The notes beneath the pieces were generated by a model. That model saw only the letters and a program-made list of their open reading frames with translations, made no database searches and was not told the origin of the DNA. Below, piece after piece: positions 1 through 8,877 of a DNA stretch of 45,858 bases. Every line of letters begins with the position of its first letter. The stretch's first letter is position 1. Source of the stretch: Thermofilaceae archaeon (GTDB lineage Archaea > Thermoproteota > Thermoprotei > Thermofilales > Thermofilaceae); contig JAVYWK010000014.1 of NCBI GenBank assembly GCA_038727095.1, positions 1-45,858 on the forward strand, written 5' to 3'. The position numbers and the translations under genes are program-made.

Positions 1-1
1 G

Positions 2-928
2 GGGGGCTTCACGGTCGAGAACGTCCCCCTGATGGTCGAGATGCTCGCCGCCGTGCGCCCCGACTACAGGGAGAGGCCTTTCGCGATCTTCGACGTCTGC
101 CCCTCACCGCCACTGGCGTGGAGCTCGATCACGTCGAGGAACCTTGTAGACTTAGCCCGGCTCGGAGTGCCGGCTGAGCTCATCTCGATGCCCGGAATCG
201 GGGCTAACGCCCCCGTCACCGTCTACGGGGCTTTGATCCAGCACCACGCTGAAGTGCTGAGCGGCGTGGTGATTGCGCAACTCGCTTCGCCCGGGGCTAA
301 GGTGATCTACGGCGGCTCACCCACGCTCGTTCACCCGCGCTTCGGGACCGCGCTAATCGCCGCGCCGGAGGCCGTCCTCGTGAGCTTGGCGTACAGGGAT
401 ATGGCGAGGCTCGTGGAGCTGCCCAGCCACACCTACATGGCGATCTCCGACGCGAAGGTCCCAGACTTCCAGGCGGGCGCTGAAGCCGGGTTTACCGCAG
501 CACTGGCCGCGCTCGCAGGCTTCGACGTGGTTTCAGGGCCCGGGATGCTAGAGTTCGAGAGCACTCAATCGATGGAGAAGCTGGTCCTCGACAACGAGGT
601 GTGCGGGCTCGCGCGGAGGCTGGTGAGCGGCTTCAGGCTTGGCGGAGAGGAGGTTGAAGTGATCAGCGAGGTCATCCGGTCTAGGCGCGGGAACTTTCTC
701 TCGCACAGGCACACGCTGGCGAATATCAGGAGGGAGGTTCACGTGCCGCGCGTCTGGGACGCTGACCCGAGCGCGCGCCGCGACCTCCTGGAGTGGGCGC
801 ACAGCGAAGTGGAGAGGCTCTTGGCGGAGCACAAGCCGCCAATTCTCGAGGGGGAGAGGCTGAAAGCCTTGGATGAAGTTCGTGCAAGACTCTGGCAGCG
901 AACCGGGAGGGCTCCTCCACCCATCTAG
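2..928 (+). CDS. Trimethylamine methyltransferase (MttB) superfamily protein, non-pyrrolysine type; 5' end lies outside the window
   Basis: Frame is open from base 2 (GGFTVENVPLM...). MttB-family motifs: SPPLAW, MPGIGANAPVTVYGALIQHHAEVLSG, PGAKVIYG, SDAKVPDFQAG, GMLE..., EKLVLDNE. Confidence 0.88.
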   Translation, partial: GGFTVENVPLMVEMLAAVRPDYRERPFAIFDVCPSPPLAWSSITSRNLVDLARLGVPAELISMPGIGANAPVTVYGALIQHHAEVLSGVVIAQLASPGAKVIYGGSPTLVHPRFGTALIAAPEAVLVSLAYRDMARLVELPSHTYMAISDAKVPDFQAGAEAGFTAALAALAGFDVVSGPGMLEFESTQSMEKLVLDNEVCGLARRLVSGFRLGGEEVEVISEVIRSRRGNFLSHRHTLANIRREVHVPRVWDADPSARRDLLEWAHSEVERLLAEHKPPILEGERLKALDEVRARLWQRTGRAPPPI

Positions 929-970
929 AGTTAACCTTTTTTACATACAAGCCTCATACCCTGGAACGGT

Positions 971-2302
971 ATGCCAGTTGAGTTCGAACCTTACCCCGAG
1001 TTCCTGAAGCCGGGCTACACGCCCGATCCTGAGAGCGACATCATCGCCACCTTCCGCGTGACACCGGCCGAGGGCTTCACGGCTGAAGATGCGGCCGGAG
1101 GGGTTGCGGCCGAGAGCAGCACTGGCACGTGGACGACGCTCTACACGTGGTACGATAAGGCCAGGATCGACCGGCTGATGGGGAAGGCCTACGAGATCAA
1201 GGATCTGGGAGATGGCTCGTACCTGCTGCGCGTCGCATACCCTGTCGAGCTCTTCGAGGAGGGGAACATGCCCGGCTTTCTAGCATCAATTGCCGGAAAC
1301 GTCTTCGGAATGCGGCGCGTGAAGGGGCTTAGGCTTGAAGACCTGTACCTCCCGAGAAGCTTCCTCGAGCACTTCAAAGGCCCCAGCAGGGGCGTTAGGG
1401 GCGTCAGGGAGGTGCTGAAGGTAGAGGGGAGGCCGATTGTAGGCACCGTCCCGAAGCCGAAGGTCGGCTACTCGCCCGATGAAGTCGGTAAGCTCGCCTA
1501 CGAGATTCTGACCGGTGGACTCGACTACGTTAAGGACGACGAGAACCTCGCAGGCCCGCGCTACTGCCGCTTCGAGGAGCGGGCGCGCGCGATCATGAAG
1601 GCGATCGATAGGGCGGAGAAGGAGACTGGGGAGAGGAAGGTTTGGTTCGCTAACATAACCGCGGACGTGAGGGAGATGGAGAGGAGGTTGAAGCTCATCG
1701 CCGACTACGGCAACCCGTTCGTGATGGTGGACGTTGTTGTAACCGGCTGGTCTGCGCTCACCTACATCAGGGATCTAGCGGAGGAGCACGGCCTGGCGAT
1801 ACACGCCCACAGGGCCATGCACGCTGCCTTCACCAGGAACCCGTACCACGGGATCTCCATGTTCGTCCTGGCGAAGCTGTACCGAATCATCGGGGTGGAT
1901 CAGCTCCACGTGGGAACACCCGAAGTTGGGAAGCTGGAGGCTAAAACCGTGGACGTGGTGAGAAACGCAAGGGTCATGAGGGAAGCCGTCTACAAGCCGG
2001 ACCCAGACGACACCTTCAGGCTGACGCAGGCCTTCCACCACATCAAGCCTGCGCTGCCAGTTTCGTCAGGTGGCCTCCACCCAGGCACTCTGCCCGAAGT
2101 CATACGAGTGATGGGCATCGACCTTGTCATCCAGGTTGGGGGAGGCGTAGTCGGTCACCCCGACGGGCCGAAGGCTGGCGCAGCAGCCACAAGGCAATCC
2201 ATAGAAGCTGCAATCAAGGGGATACCGCTGTCCGAGTACGCCAAGGAGCACAAAGAGCTAGCGAGAGCCCTCGAGAAGTGGGGTTTCGTCAAGCCCATAT
2301 AA
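971..2302 (+). CDS. rbcL: Form III ribulose-1,5-bisphosphate carboxylase large subunit
   Basis: AAESSTGTWT, GTVPKPKVG, catalytic GGLDYVKDDEN, HAHRAMHAA, GKLE, SSGGLHPG, GGGVVGHPDG; 443 aa with no small-subunit gene adjacent. Confidence 0.97.
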   Translation: MPVEFEPYPEFLKPGYTPDPESDIIATFRVTPAEGFTAEDAAGGVAAESSTGTWTTLYTWYDKARIDRLMGKAYEIKDLGDGSYLLRVAYPVELFEEGNMPGFLASIAGNVFGMRRVKGLRLEDLYLPRSFLEHFKGPSRGVRGVREVLKVEGRPIVGTVPKPKVGYSPDEVGKLAYEILTGGLDYVKDDENLAGPRYCRFEERARAIMKAIDRAEKETGERKVWFANITADVREMERRLKLIADYGNPFVMVDVVVTGWSALTYIRDLAEEHGLAIHAHRAMHAAFTRNPYHGISMFVLAKLYRIIGVDQLHVGTPEVGKLEAKTVDVVRNARVMREAVYKPDPDDTFRLTQAFHHIKPALPVSSGGLHPGTLPEVIRVMGIDLVIQVGGGVVGHPDGPKAGAAATRQSIEAAIKGIPLSEYAKEHKELARALEKWGFVKPI

Positions 2303-2333
2303 GCTGCTTTTTTAGTTAATTTTAAACAAATTT
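2303..2333. terminator. AT-rich T-tract region between convergent rbcL and radical SAM genes
   Basis: GCTGCTTTTTTAGTTAATTTTAAACAAATTT between two convergent stop codons; archaeal terminators are oligo-T tracts. Confidence 0.5.
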
Positions 2334-3188
2334 CTATCTGAGCGTTCGATCGTTCAGGAAGTGGAGGAGCGTGATGCGCCTCTGTTCGTGCCGGGGTTTC
2401 GAGGGTATGCACTCCACCCCCAGTTCCTCGCAAATGCGCTCAACGAGGCGGCTGATGCTCTCCCTCCACGCGGGGCTCGTGTCAAGCGCCTGTGGGTGGC
2501 TGCGGAGGATCGGTTGCATCGATTTTTCGAGGCCGGGCTTCATCCTGAAGTAGTCGTAGTAGAGCTTTGACCCGGTCTCTTGGGCGACCCTAGCAACTTC
2601 CCTTATCGCCTTCTCGCCGTCGTTCACCCCCCTGATGATGGGGCCCAGGAACACCCACGTCTCCACCCCGCTCTCCCCGAGCACCGACAGTGCTCGAGCG
2701 CGCTCAAAGGGGGGAGGGGCTCCGGGCTCAATGAGCTTCGCGACCTCAGCTCTCATCGTGGTGATCGTTAAACCAACATCCACCAGCTTCCTGTGCCTTG
2801 AGAGGATGTCAAGGTCCCTCAGCACGAGGGGGGACTTCGTCTGAACGCTCACCCTGAAGCCCGCGCTTAGCAGGACCTCGATCCCCCTCCTCGACAGCAG
2901 CTCCCTCGCCTCCACGGGCTGGTAGGGGTCCGTGATCGTAGAGACGCCGACGATGCCCGGATCCGCCCTCTTAACGTCCTTGGCCAGCGCCTCCACGGCG
3001 TTCTCCTTCACGTAGACGACACGGCCCCACTGCTCGGCAGCGTCCCTGTACCGGGTGAAGCAGCGGGCGTAGCAGTATAGGCAGCCGTGCTCGCAGCCGG
3101 CGTAGGGGTTGTAGGCGTAGTCCAAGTCGTAGAGGCTCGACTTCGAGAGCGCGCTCGAAACTCTCACCCTCCTGTACTCGACGCTCAC
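2334..3188 (-). CDS. Radical SAM protein, spore photoproduct lyase-like (SplB/DNA-repair) family
   Basis: YNPYAGCEHGCLYCYA (CxxxCxxC), STITDPYQPVE, QTKSPLVLRDLD, IEPGAP. GTG at 3188 overlaps the nreA stop (GTGA); ORF track start 3194 is the alternative. Confidence 0.88.
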   Translation of the reverse strand: MSVEYRRVRVSSALSKSSLYDLDYAYNPYAGCEHGCLYCYARCFTRYRDAAEQWGRVVYVKENAVEALAKDVKRADPGIVGVSTITDPYQPVEARELLSRRGIEVLLSAGFRVSVQTKSPLVLRDLDILSRHRKLVDVGLTITTMRAEVAKLIEPGAPPPFERARALSVLGESGVETWVFLGPIIRGVNDGEKAIREVARVAQETGSKLYYDYFRMKPGLEKSMQPILRSHPQALDTSPAWRESISRLVERICEELGVECIPSKPRHEQRRITLLHFLNDRTLR

Positions 3189-4405
3189 AGCCAAGCCTCC
3201 AGGCGCTCCTGCCTGATCAAGCTCCTGAGGAGAGCGGACTTGTTAAGCCACACGCTCAGAGGCAGCCTCGTTGCTCTCGAGAGCCTGGCCAGAACATCAT
3301 CAAGCGTGTCGTAGTGCTCAGGCTTGGACCTGAAGAGGGCTCTCACGTTCTCCCTGACGAACCAGACGCCGATTGGGAGGAAGAAGCCCTCGTAGATCTC
3401 GCGTATTAGGATCGCAACGCCCTGGAACCTCTCCCTCAGCATGTACTCGGCCGTTGCCAGCCGAGCCGCGTAGTAGCACCCCCCGAGCGAAGCGTACGTA
3501 GTCCTACCCTTAAACCCCTCCCAGTCGCCCTCAACCTCCACCGTCAGACCCGGGTTCCAGGTCGTATGGGGGAACCAAGCTTCGATCCACTCGTAGCTCC
3601 ACGCGCCCGGCGCCACGATGGCGATGAAGGTGTTGTGGGCGTGCTTCCGCTCGAAGAAGAGGTAGTGGTTCACGCTCCTCAACCTCCTCACCCTCCCGAT
3701 GAGTTGCCGCGAGAGAGCGTCGTCCACAGCGGTGATCGACCATCGCGTTGGAACGAGCTTGCGAGACCTACCGACGCCGAGAGCGCCGACCGAGAGGGCC
3801 CGCTGGATGGCTGACACGGGGACGCCTCTCTCGTAAAGGTAGACGATCGCCTCCTCAGCCTTCAAGTCAGTGTCGTAGTACGCCTCCTCGAGAGGCTTCA
3901 GTGGCTTGGGCTCTCCGAGCAGCTTCAACGCCTCAGCGGGGGCCGCTGGGCCTAAAGGCGGGGCGAATGCGTCGAGCTTCACCACCGGCTTAGGCGGCTT
4001 AGAGAATCGAATCTCGAGGTCCACGGGCTGCGAGGAGATGGCGAGGAGCTGTAGATCCTCTAAACCGGAAGGCTTTCTCACGTCGACAGAGACCACCCCT
4101 CTGACCAGGCTGAGCCTCATCTCCAAGACGTCCTTCAACTCGAGCCCAAGCCAGCGCTCAGGCGTGTCGTAGACGCTCGTGTCCCCGCTCGCCGGCGGAG
4201 CTGCAGGGGCCAGGCGGACTCGGGGGTAGCCCACGCGCCCCACGAACACCGAGGGGGGCGAAGAGCCCTCAAGAGACTCGCTCCCCGGGGTCTTCACGGA
4301 CTCGACTGCGCGCCAAAGATCAAACACGGGGCATACCGGTTTCCCGCAGAGCCCCTTCGCTCCTCTACACAACAGGCACAGCGAAGCTCTATTAGACATT
4401 TGCAT
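3185..4405 (-). CDS. nreA: Nre family DNA repair protein
   Basis: N-terminal CLLCRGAKGLCGKPVCP, GSSPPSVFVGRVGYP, RKLVPTRWSITAVD, GGCYYAARL, PIGVWFVRE, and C-terminal PIP box QERLEAWL. Confidence 0.93.
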   Translation of the reverse strand: MQMSNRASLCLLCRGAKGLCGKPVCPVFDLWRAVESVKTPGSESLEGSSPPSVFVGRVGYPRVRLAPAAPPASGDTSVYDTPERWLGLELKDVLEMRLSLVRGVVSVDVRKPSGLEDLQLLAISSQPVDLEIRFSKPPKPVVKLDAFAPPLGPAAPAEALKLLGEPKPLKPLEEAYYDTDLKAEEAIVYLYERGVPVSAIQRALSVGALGVGRSRKLVPTRWSITAVDDALSRQLIGRVRRLRSVNHYLFFERKHAHNTFIAIVAPGAWSYEWIEAWFPHTTWNPGLTVEVEGDWEGFKGRTTYASLGGCYYAARLATAEYMLRERFQGVAILIREIYEGFFLPIGVWFVRENVRALFRSKPEHYDTLDDVLARLSRATRLPLSVWLNKSALLRSLIRQERLEAWL

Positions 4406-4501
4406 TTATGGGGAGGGAAGCAACTTTTAACTGTAACGTAACATAGTTCTGTCTTTTAGAAGCGAGTTAAGGATATTAAGTCTTACCTCTAGCAAGAAGC
4501 C

Positions 4502-4584
4502 GGGGGCTGCCGAGCGCTTGAGGGGGCTTGAGATCCACCCTGCCGGGAGAATCAGGGGGGTCCGCCCTATGCTCGGCAGCCCCT
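4502..4584 (+). ncRNA. Candidate small structured RNA / long hairpin element
   Basis: Perfect 13-bp inverted repeat GGGGCTGCCGAGC (4503-4515)/GCTCGGCAGCCCC (4571-4583) enclosing further stems; TATA-like ATATTAAG at 4473-4480; intergenic. Strand not certain. Confidence 0.45.
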
Positions 4585-4643
4585 CCCTCTTATACCGTCC
4601 TCCCATACCGTAAGGCTTAATACTTTTTAGCCATGATTAACCC

Positions 4644-5561
4644 GTGAGACCCCTCTGGCTGCTCCTGCTCATCATGCCTGCTGCTCTTACTCTCGCTCAA
4701 CCCACCATCTACATACTCAACGTGAGAGAATCGCAGGGGTGGTGGTCAACCCCCGAGCTCCTGACGACCAGGATTATGGACCTGCTGGATACGGCGCGAA
4801 GGGATCTGGCGATCGATTTTCGAGTGGAGGTCATAGACTCGATTGAGAGGTGGGAGGAGCTACTCACCGCAGCTCCGCCCAACGCCGTCATCGTTAACGC
4901 GCACGGCGAGCTCGTGCCCGTTCCACCCAAGTACGGCGTGGATTGGCAGACCTTCTACCGCGACCTCGCGATGAACATCATATACAAGGGTTGGGTCTGG
5001 GTCAACCCCATCGGCTACGGCTTCTACTACGTCACCTACAACTACACTGGGACGGAAAGGGGGTGGGAGTGGACGACTCTAACCGTAGGCCCAGCGGGCC
5101 TCGACACTCTCGGCGGTTGGCTCGGCATCGTGGCTACAGCGTGGCCCGAGGCTGCGGGTGGCACGCCCACGTTGACCGACCTGGGTAGGCACGTTTTCGA
5201 CGTCCTCGGCTACAACCTTCCCGACACCCCGAACGCTCCTCGGCCGATAACCACCAATGTTCCCGCATCCTGGTACTTCTACTCTCTCGAAAGGGAGAAC
5301 GTCACAGCGTACTCCTGCGTAACCTTCCAGATCGGCAAGGGAGCCCTCTTGTGGGGCGGTTGGGCCAGTAGCCCCACCGACCAGCAGGCCATGGTGGCAG
5401 TCGCTATGACGCTGTACTACCTCTTCCCGGCCGAGATCGAAGCCGCGCAGCCAAAGCCCAAGGGCTTGAGCCCCGAGCAGGTAATCCTCATCTCCTGGGG
5501 GGTGGTGGTTGCAGTCATGGTCCTCCTGCTCGTCAGAGTGTTCCTGAGGAGGAGGGTGTGA
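4644..5561 (+). CDS. Hypothetical secreted, membrane-anchored protein
   Basis: Signal peptide (MRPLWLLLLIMPAALTLAQ), C-terminal hydrophobic helix followed by RRRV; host-like codon usage. Confidence 0.8.
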   Translation: MRPLWLLLLIMPAALTLAQPTIYILNVRESQGWWSTPELLTTRIMDLLDTARRDLAIDFRVEVIDSIERWEELLTAAPPNAVIVNAHGELVPVPPKYGVDWQTFYRDLAMNIIYKGWVWVNPIGYGFYYVTYNYTGTERGWEWTTLTVGPAGLDTLGGWLGIVATAWPEAAGGTPTLTDLGRHVFDVLGYNLPDTPNAPRPITTNVPASWYFYSLERENVTAYSCVTFQIGKGALLWGGWASSPTDQQAMVAVAMTLYYLFPAEIEAAQPKPKGLSPEQVILISWGVVVAVMVLLLVRVFLRRRV

Positions 5562-5572
5562 ATGAAGTCGAT

Positions 5573-6097
5573 TTAGGCGCTTCGGGGTTTTACCCCTCTC
5601 CTTTCTAGGCTCTTAACGATCGCTACGCCGAAAATCGATCCTATTAGGCCGCCTGCAGCATGCAGCGCTGAGAAGTAGAGGACGGGCACGCTTCCACCCA
5701 TGAAGAACGCACCGATTATCAAGCCGGCTATCCACGTTGAAACCACGCCCACTGCAGCGATGAAGGCGGGGCCGTAGCGGGCGGAGAAGCACCTGCTGTA
5801 GCCGATCGCTCTGGCGAGGAGGTCGTAGACGATGCTCGCTGCCGTGAAACCGAGGAAGTGCACCGCGCCGGGCCGGAGGATGAAGTTTAGGCTTGTAGCT
5901 AGTAGGCCGACCAGTGCAGCTGTCCCCGGCTTCCTCGCCCACCATAGCGCTACGATCAGGGAGATCATCGCTAGGATGTCGCAGAGTATCGGTAGCCTAG
6001 TGAGCTGCCAGAAGATGGGGGCGAGCGTGGCGTTGATGATCGACCAGAAGGATGCGCTCAGCGCGATCACCGCTGCATCGGTTGCCCGCAGCTCCAC
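5573..6097 (-). CDS. ECF transporter S-component-like membrane protein
   Basis: 174 aa with about 5-6 hydrophobic segments; RKPGTAALVGLL pattern typical of S components. Confidence 0.6.
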   Translation of the reverse strand: MELRATDAAVIALSASFWSIINATLAPIFWQLTRLPILCDILAMISLIVALWWARKPGTAALVGLLATSLNFILRPGAVHFLGFTAASIVYDLLARAIGYSRCFSARYGPAFIAAVGVVSTWIAGLIIGAFFMGGSVPVLYFSALHAAGGLIGSIFGVAIVKSLERRGVKPRSA

Positions 6098-6190
6098 GGG
6101 ATGCCCAAGGTGGAGGCTTTTTAAAAATGTTACTATACCGTTGTCAAGGTAATACGCTAACCGTATAAGACCGGGAGCGCCGGCTCGATC

Positions 6191-7066
6191 GTGCCCCTGC
6201 GCGTGGTAGTCGATACGGACATCGGCGACGACATCGACGACGCCTTCGCCCTGGCTCTAGCGTGCCTCTCACCCGAGCTCGAGGTCGTAGCCGTCACGAC
6301 CGTGTACGGCCAAGTGCATTCGAGGGCGCGGCTGGCTGCCAGGCTGCTGGGAGCACTGGGTAGAGACGACATCCCCGTTGCCGCGGGCTCTCCGAACCCG
6401 CTGGTCGGTAGGGGTCCCGCAACGGAGCCGGTCTACTTGGAGGGGTTGAAGGGTGTTGAGGGCCGGAACGCTAACATCGCGCCCCTCCACGCCGTGGATC
6501 TGCTGGAGAAGCTGATCTCGGCCGGCGAAGTCGATGTCCTCATTACGATTGGCCCGTTAACCAACGTTGCGCTGCTGCTCTTGAAGCGACCGGATTTGGC
6601 CTCGAGGGTAAAGCTCGTCTCGATGGCCGGGGCTTACACGATGAATTTGGCCGAGTACAACGTCCGTTGCGACCCTGAAGCGGCTGGCGTCGCGTTTTCA
6701 GCCGGTTGCGAGAAGGTGCTGGTGGGCCTCGATGTCACACTGAAGTGCCAGATGACCTGGGACATGCTGCGGGGGCTCGAGGAGGGTGGGGAGGAGTACA
6801 TGCGCATCCTCTCCTCGTACACAAGAGCGTGGATGGCGAAGAGCCGCCACTTACCTATACTGCACGACCCGCTCGCTGTTGCGGTTGCGTACGCACCCCA
6901 CTTAGTGAAGCTGGAGCCCGCCCGAGTCGAGGTGGAGCTCGCGGGTCGTTTCACGAGGGGGTACACCGTTGTAGCGGGCGGCGAGCCCAACGCGCTGTTC
7001 TGCAGGGATGTCAACGCACCCGGCTTCCTGCAGCTCTTCGCTGAGAGGGTATTGAAAGCTAGCTGA
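6191..7066 (+). CDS. Nucleoside hydrolase (IU-NH family)
   Basis: DTDIGDDIDDA signature, TIGPLTN, AEYNVRCDPEAA, GLDVT, LHDPLAVA. Confidence 0.93.
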   Translation: MPLRVVVDTDIGDDIDDAFALALACLSPELEVVAVTTVYGQVHSRARLAARLLGALGRDDIPVAAGSPNPLVGRGPATEPVYLEGLKGVEGRNANIAPLHAVDLLEKLISAGEVDVLITIGPLTNVALLLLKRPDLASRVKLVSMAGAYTMNLAEYNVRCDPEAAGVAFSAGCEKVLVGLDVTLKCQMTWDMLRGLEEGGEEYMRILSSYTRAWMAKSRHLPILHDPLAVAVAYAPHLVKLEPARVEVELAGRFTRGYTVVAGGEPNALFCRDVNAPGFLQLFAERVLKAS

Positions 7067-8414
7067 GGAAGGCGTCGAGCGTGGAGCCGGTCTGCCTCCT
7101 CCTCAATACCTTCTCGATGAACTCGTCTCTCACGGGCTCGTAGACCCTGCTGTAGAACTCCTGCGGATCCTCGAGCACGTTGCGCGGGAAGCTCCCGACG
7201 TACTCCAGCGCCCTCCTCCAAGCCTCCTCGTAGGGGATGACGCTCTCGATGGCGCGGGCAACCTGCCTATCGTAGTCCTCTGGCCGCTGCGGGGCACCTC
7301 CCATCGCGAACCACCCTTCACGCGTAACGTAGGCTTCCTCACCGAGCGCGCTCACCCTCTCTACATCCTCCCTCTCACCCGCAGGCGTCCTCCTTGGCCT
7401 ACCCGTACCCTCCCTCGCTCTCGAGCGGGCGGAGGGGCCGTAGTGCTTAGCCCACGCGTAGAAGATCGCCCGGTTAAGCCCGAAGGACTTCGCCTTCTCA
7501 AGATCCCCAGTCAGAGCGTAGAAGCGTGCCGCTTGCAGGAGCGCCATGACCTGAAACCTCCCCAGCTTTGCACCACCCCTCTCCCGAGGTTCTTCCACCT
7601 TGACCCGTGTGGAGGCTGGGCGCAGGTGAGCTAGGGCTTTCAGAGCCTCGAGAACCAGTTGATCCGCCTCTCCAGGCACGTTGTCCCGCCACCGGGGGTT
7701 GTGCTTGAAGGAGGCGGGGTCGGCCCACGAGGGGTCGAAGTCGCCCAGCTGGTCTGGCTTGAAGCAGACAGCCACCTTATCCACCCGCCGGTGGAAGGAG
7801 AGGGGCACCGTGAAAACCCTCTTGGGGTCCATCAGGTTCTCCACCTTCAAGACCCTCCACTTCTCGGCAAGCTCCTTCAGCTGGTTCTCCAGCTTGCGGA
7901 TCGTGTACTCGACGAGCAGCCGGGAGGCTGTCAACGGGTCCACCGAAGCCAGCGCCTCTTTCGAGAGAGCGGCCTCGTGGATGCGGACGTGAACCCCCTC
8001 CCCCGACCACTTCAGGTAGACGGACTCTCTGACGCCGTGCTGCTCGAGGAAGCCGACGATCAGCTTAGCGGCCTCGACCGCGGCCTCCCAGCTGTCGAGG
8101 GTCGCGTCGATGTCCCAGCTCGGCGTCGCCGCTACGACGTTTTCGATCCTCTCGACGTCCTCGCCCGCTGCGATGCTGCGGTAGATGCAGGCGGTGGCGT
8201 AAATCGTCCTTACCCCCGCTCCGCTGAAGCTCTCGACTAGCCTCTTCACGTCGGTGGGCGTGGAAGCCGTCAGCGGCTTACCAGCCCACCACCTCACGAA
8301 GATTCTGCCATCCCTCCCCTGCCCTTCCAGTGCCAGCCAGCGACCCCTCGCGAAATCCGCGATCTCCGCGGCCACATCGTCGCGGAGGTAGTGCTCCAAG
8401 ACCCTCGAGCCCAC
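7059..8414 (-). CDS. AEP (archaeo-eukaryotic primase) superfamily domain fused to an uncharacterised helical C-terminal domain
   Basis: Motif I-like SWDIDA (8106-8117), motif II-like KWSGEGVHV (7989-8006), motif III-like MDPKRVFTVPLS; C-terminal RFQVMALLQAAR...AKSFGLNRAIFYAWAK; tail STLDAFLS. Confidence 0.65.
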   Translation of the reverse strand: MGSRVLEHYLRDDVAAEIADFARGRWLALEGQGRDGRIFVRWWAGKPLTASTPTDVKRLVESFSGAGVRTIYATACIYRSIAAGEDVERIENVVAATPSWDIDATLDSWEAAVEAAKLIVGFLEQHGVRESVYLKWSGEGVHVRIHEAALSKEALASVDPLTASRLLVEYTIRKLENQLKELAEKWRVLKVENLMDPKRVFTVPLSFHRRVDKVAVCFKPDQLGDFDPSWADPASFKHNPRWRDNVPGEADQLVLEALKALAHLRPASTRVKVEEPRERGGAKLGRFQVMALLQAARFYALTGDLEKAKSFGLNRAIFYAWAKHYGPSARSRAREGTGRPRRTPAGEREDVERVSALGEEAYVTREGWFAMGGAPQRPEDYDRQVARAIESVIPYEEAWRRALEYVGSFPRNVLEDPQEFYSRVYEPVRDEFIEKVLRRRQTGSTLDAFLS

Positions 8415-8463
8415 GTTTCAAGCGCGGGGGAGAGGGGATATGCCTAACGCTGCAGCGCTCGAG

Positions 8464-8877
8464 TCACGCGGGAGGCAAGAGCGCGCCGGCCGTTACCGCG
8501 TAATCGAGCTTCCCCAGCAGCTCCCTATCGTAGGTGACGAGCTTCGCACCTTCGAGCTCAGCTAGGGCCGCGTAGGCTGCATCGTAGATCGTCAACTCTC
8601 TCTCCAGCGCTATGCCGGCGGCGCGATCCACAAGCTCGAGGAAGCCCCTCAGCTGAACCCCGACCGCTACGACAGCTCTAACGGCGTTCACAATGTCCAC
8701 CTTGGATAAGCCCCTGGCGAAGCGCAGCACGTTGGCCAGCTCAACGAGCATGAAGTCGGGGGAGAGCGCGAGTAGCTCACCCCTTACGATGAGATCGCGC
8801 AGCCAGAGCATTCGATCGCTTTCCTCCTCCCTTACGAACCACTTCACGACGGCGCTGGCGTCGAGGACGATCTTCAC
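8464..8877 (-). CDS. vapC: VapC PIN-domain toxin
   Basis: IVLDASAVVKW, VELAN, LTIYDAAYAALA, LVTYD; overlaps upstream antitoxin by GTGA. Confidence 0.92.
   Translation of the reverse strand: MKIVLDASAVVKWFVREEESDRMLWLRDLIVRGELLALSPDFMLVELANVLRFARGLSKVDIVNAVRAVVAVGVQLRGFLELVDRAAGIALERELTIYDAAYAALAELEGAKLVTYDRELLGKLDYAVTAGALLPPA

Noticed and set aside
443-445. Pyrrolysine (amber) read-through in the MttB homologue
   Set aside because: The equivalent codon is ATC (Ile); there is no in-frame TAG.
971-2302. RuBisCO as evidence of Calvin-cycle autotrophy
   Set aside because: Form III type; no small subunit or phosphoribulokinase in the window.
4427-4606. 59-codon minus-strand ORF (MGGRYKREGL...) across the hairpin element
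   Set aside because: No recognisable protein features, and it runs through AT-rich promoter sequence; the inverted repeat is better explained at RNA or DNA level.
6634-8240. Long ORFs 6634-7221(-) and 7659-8240(+)
   Set aside because: Antisense or out-of-frame shadows of well-supported genes, expected in high-GC DNA.
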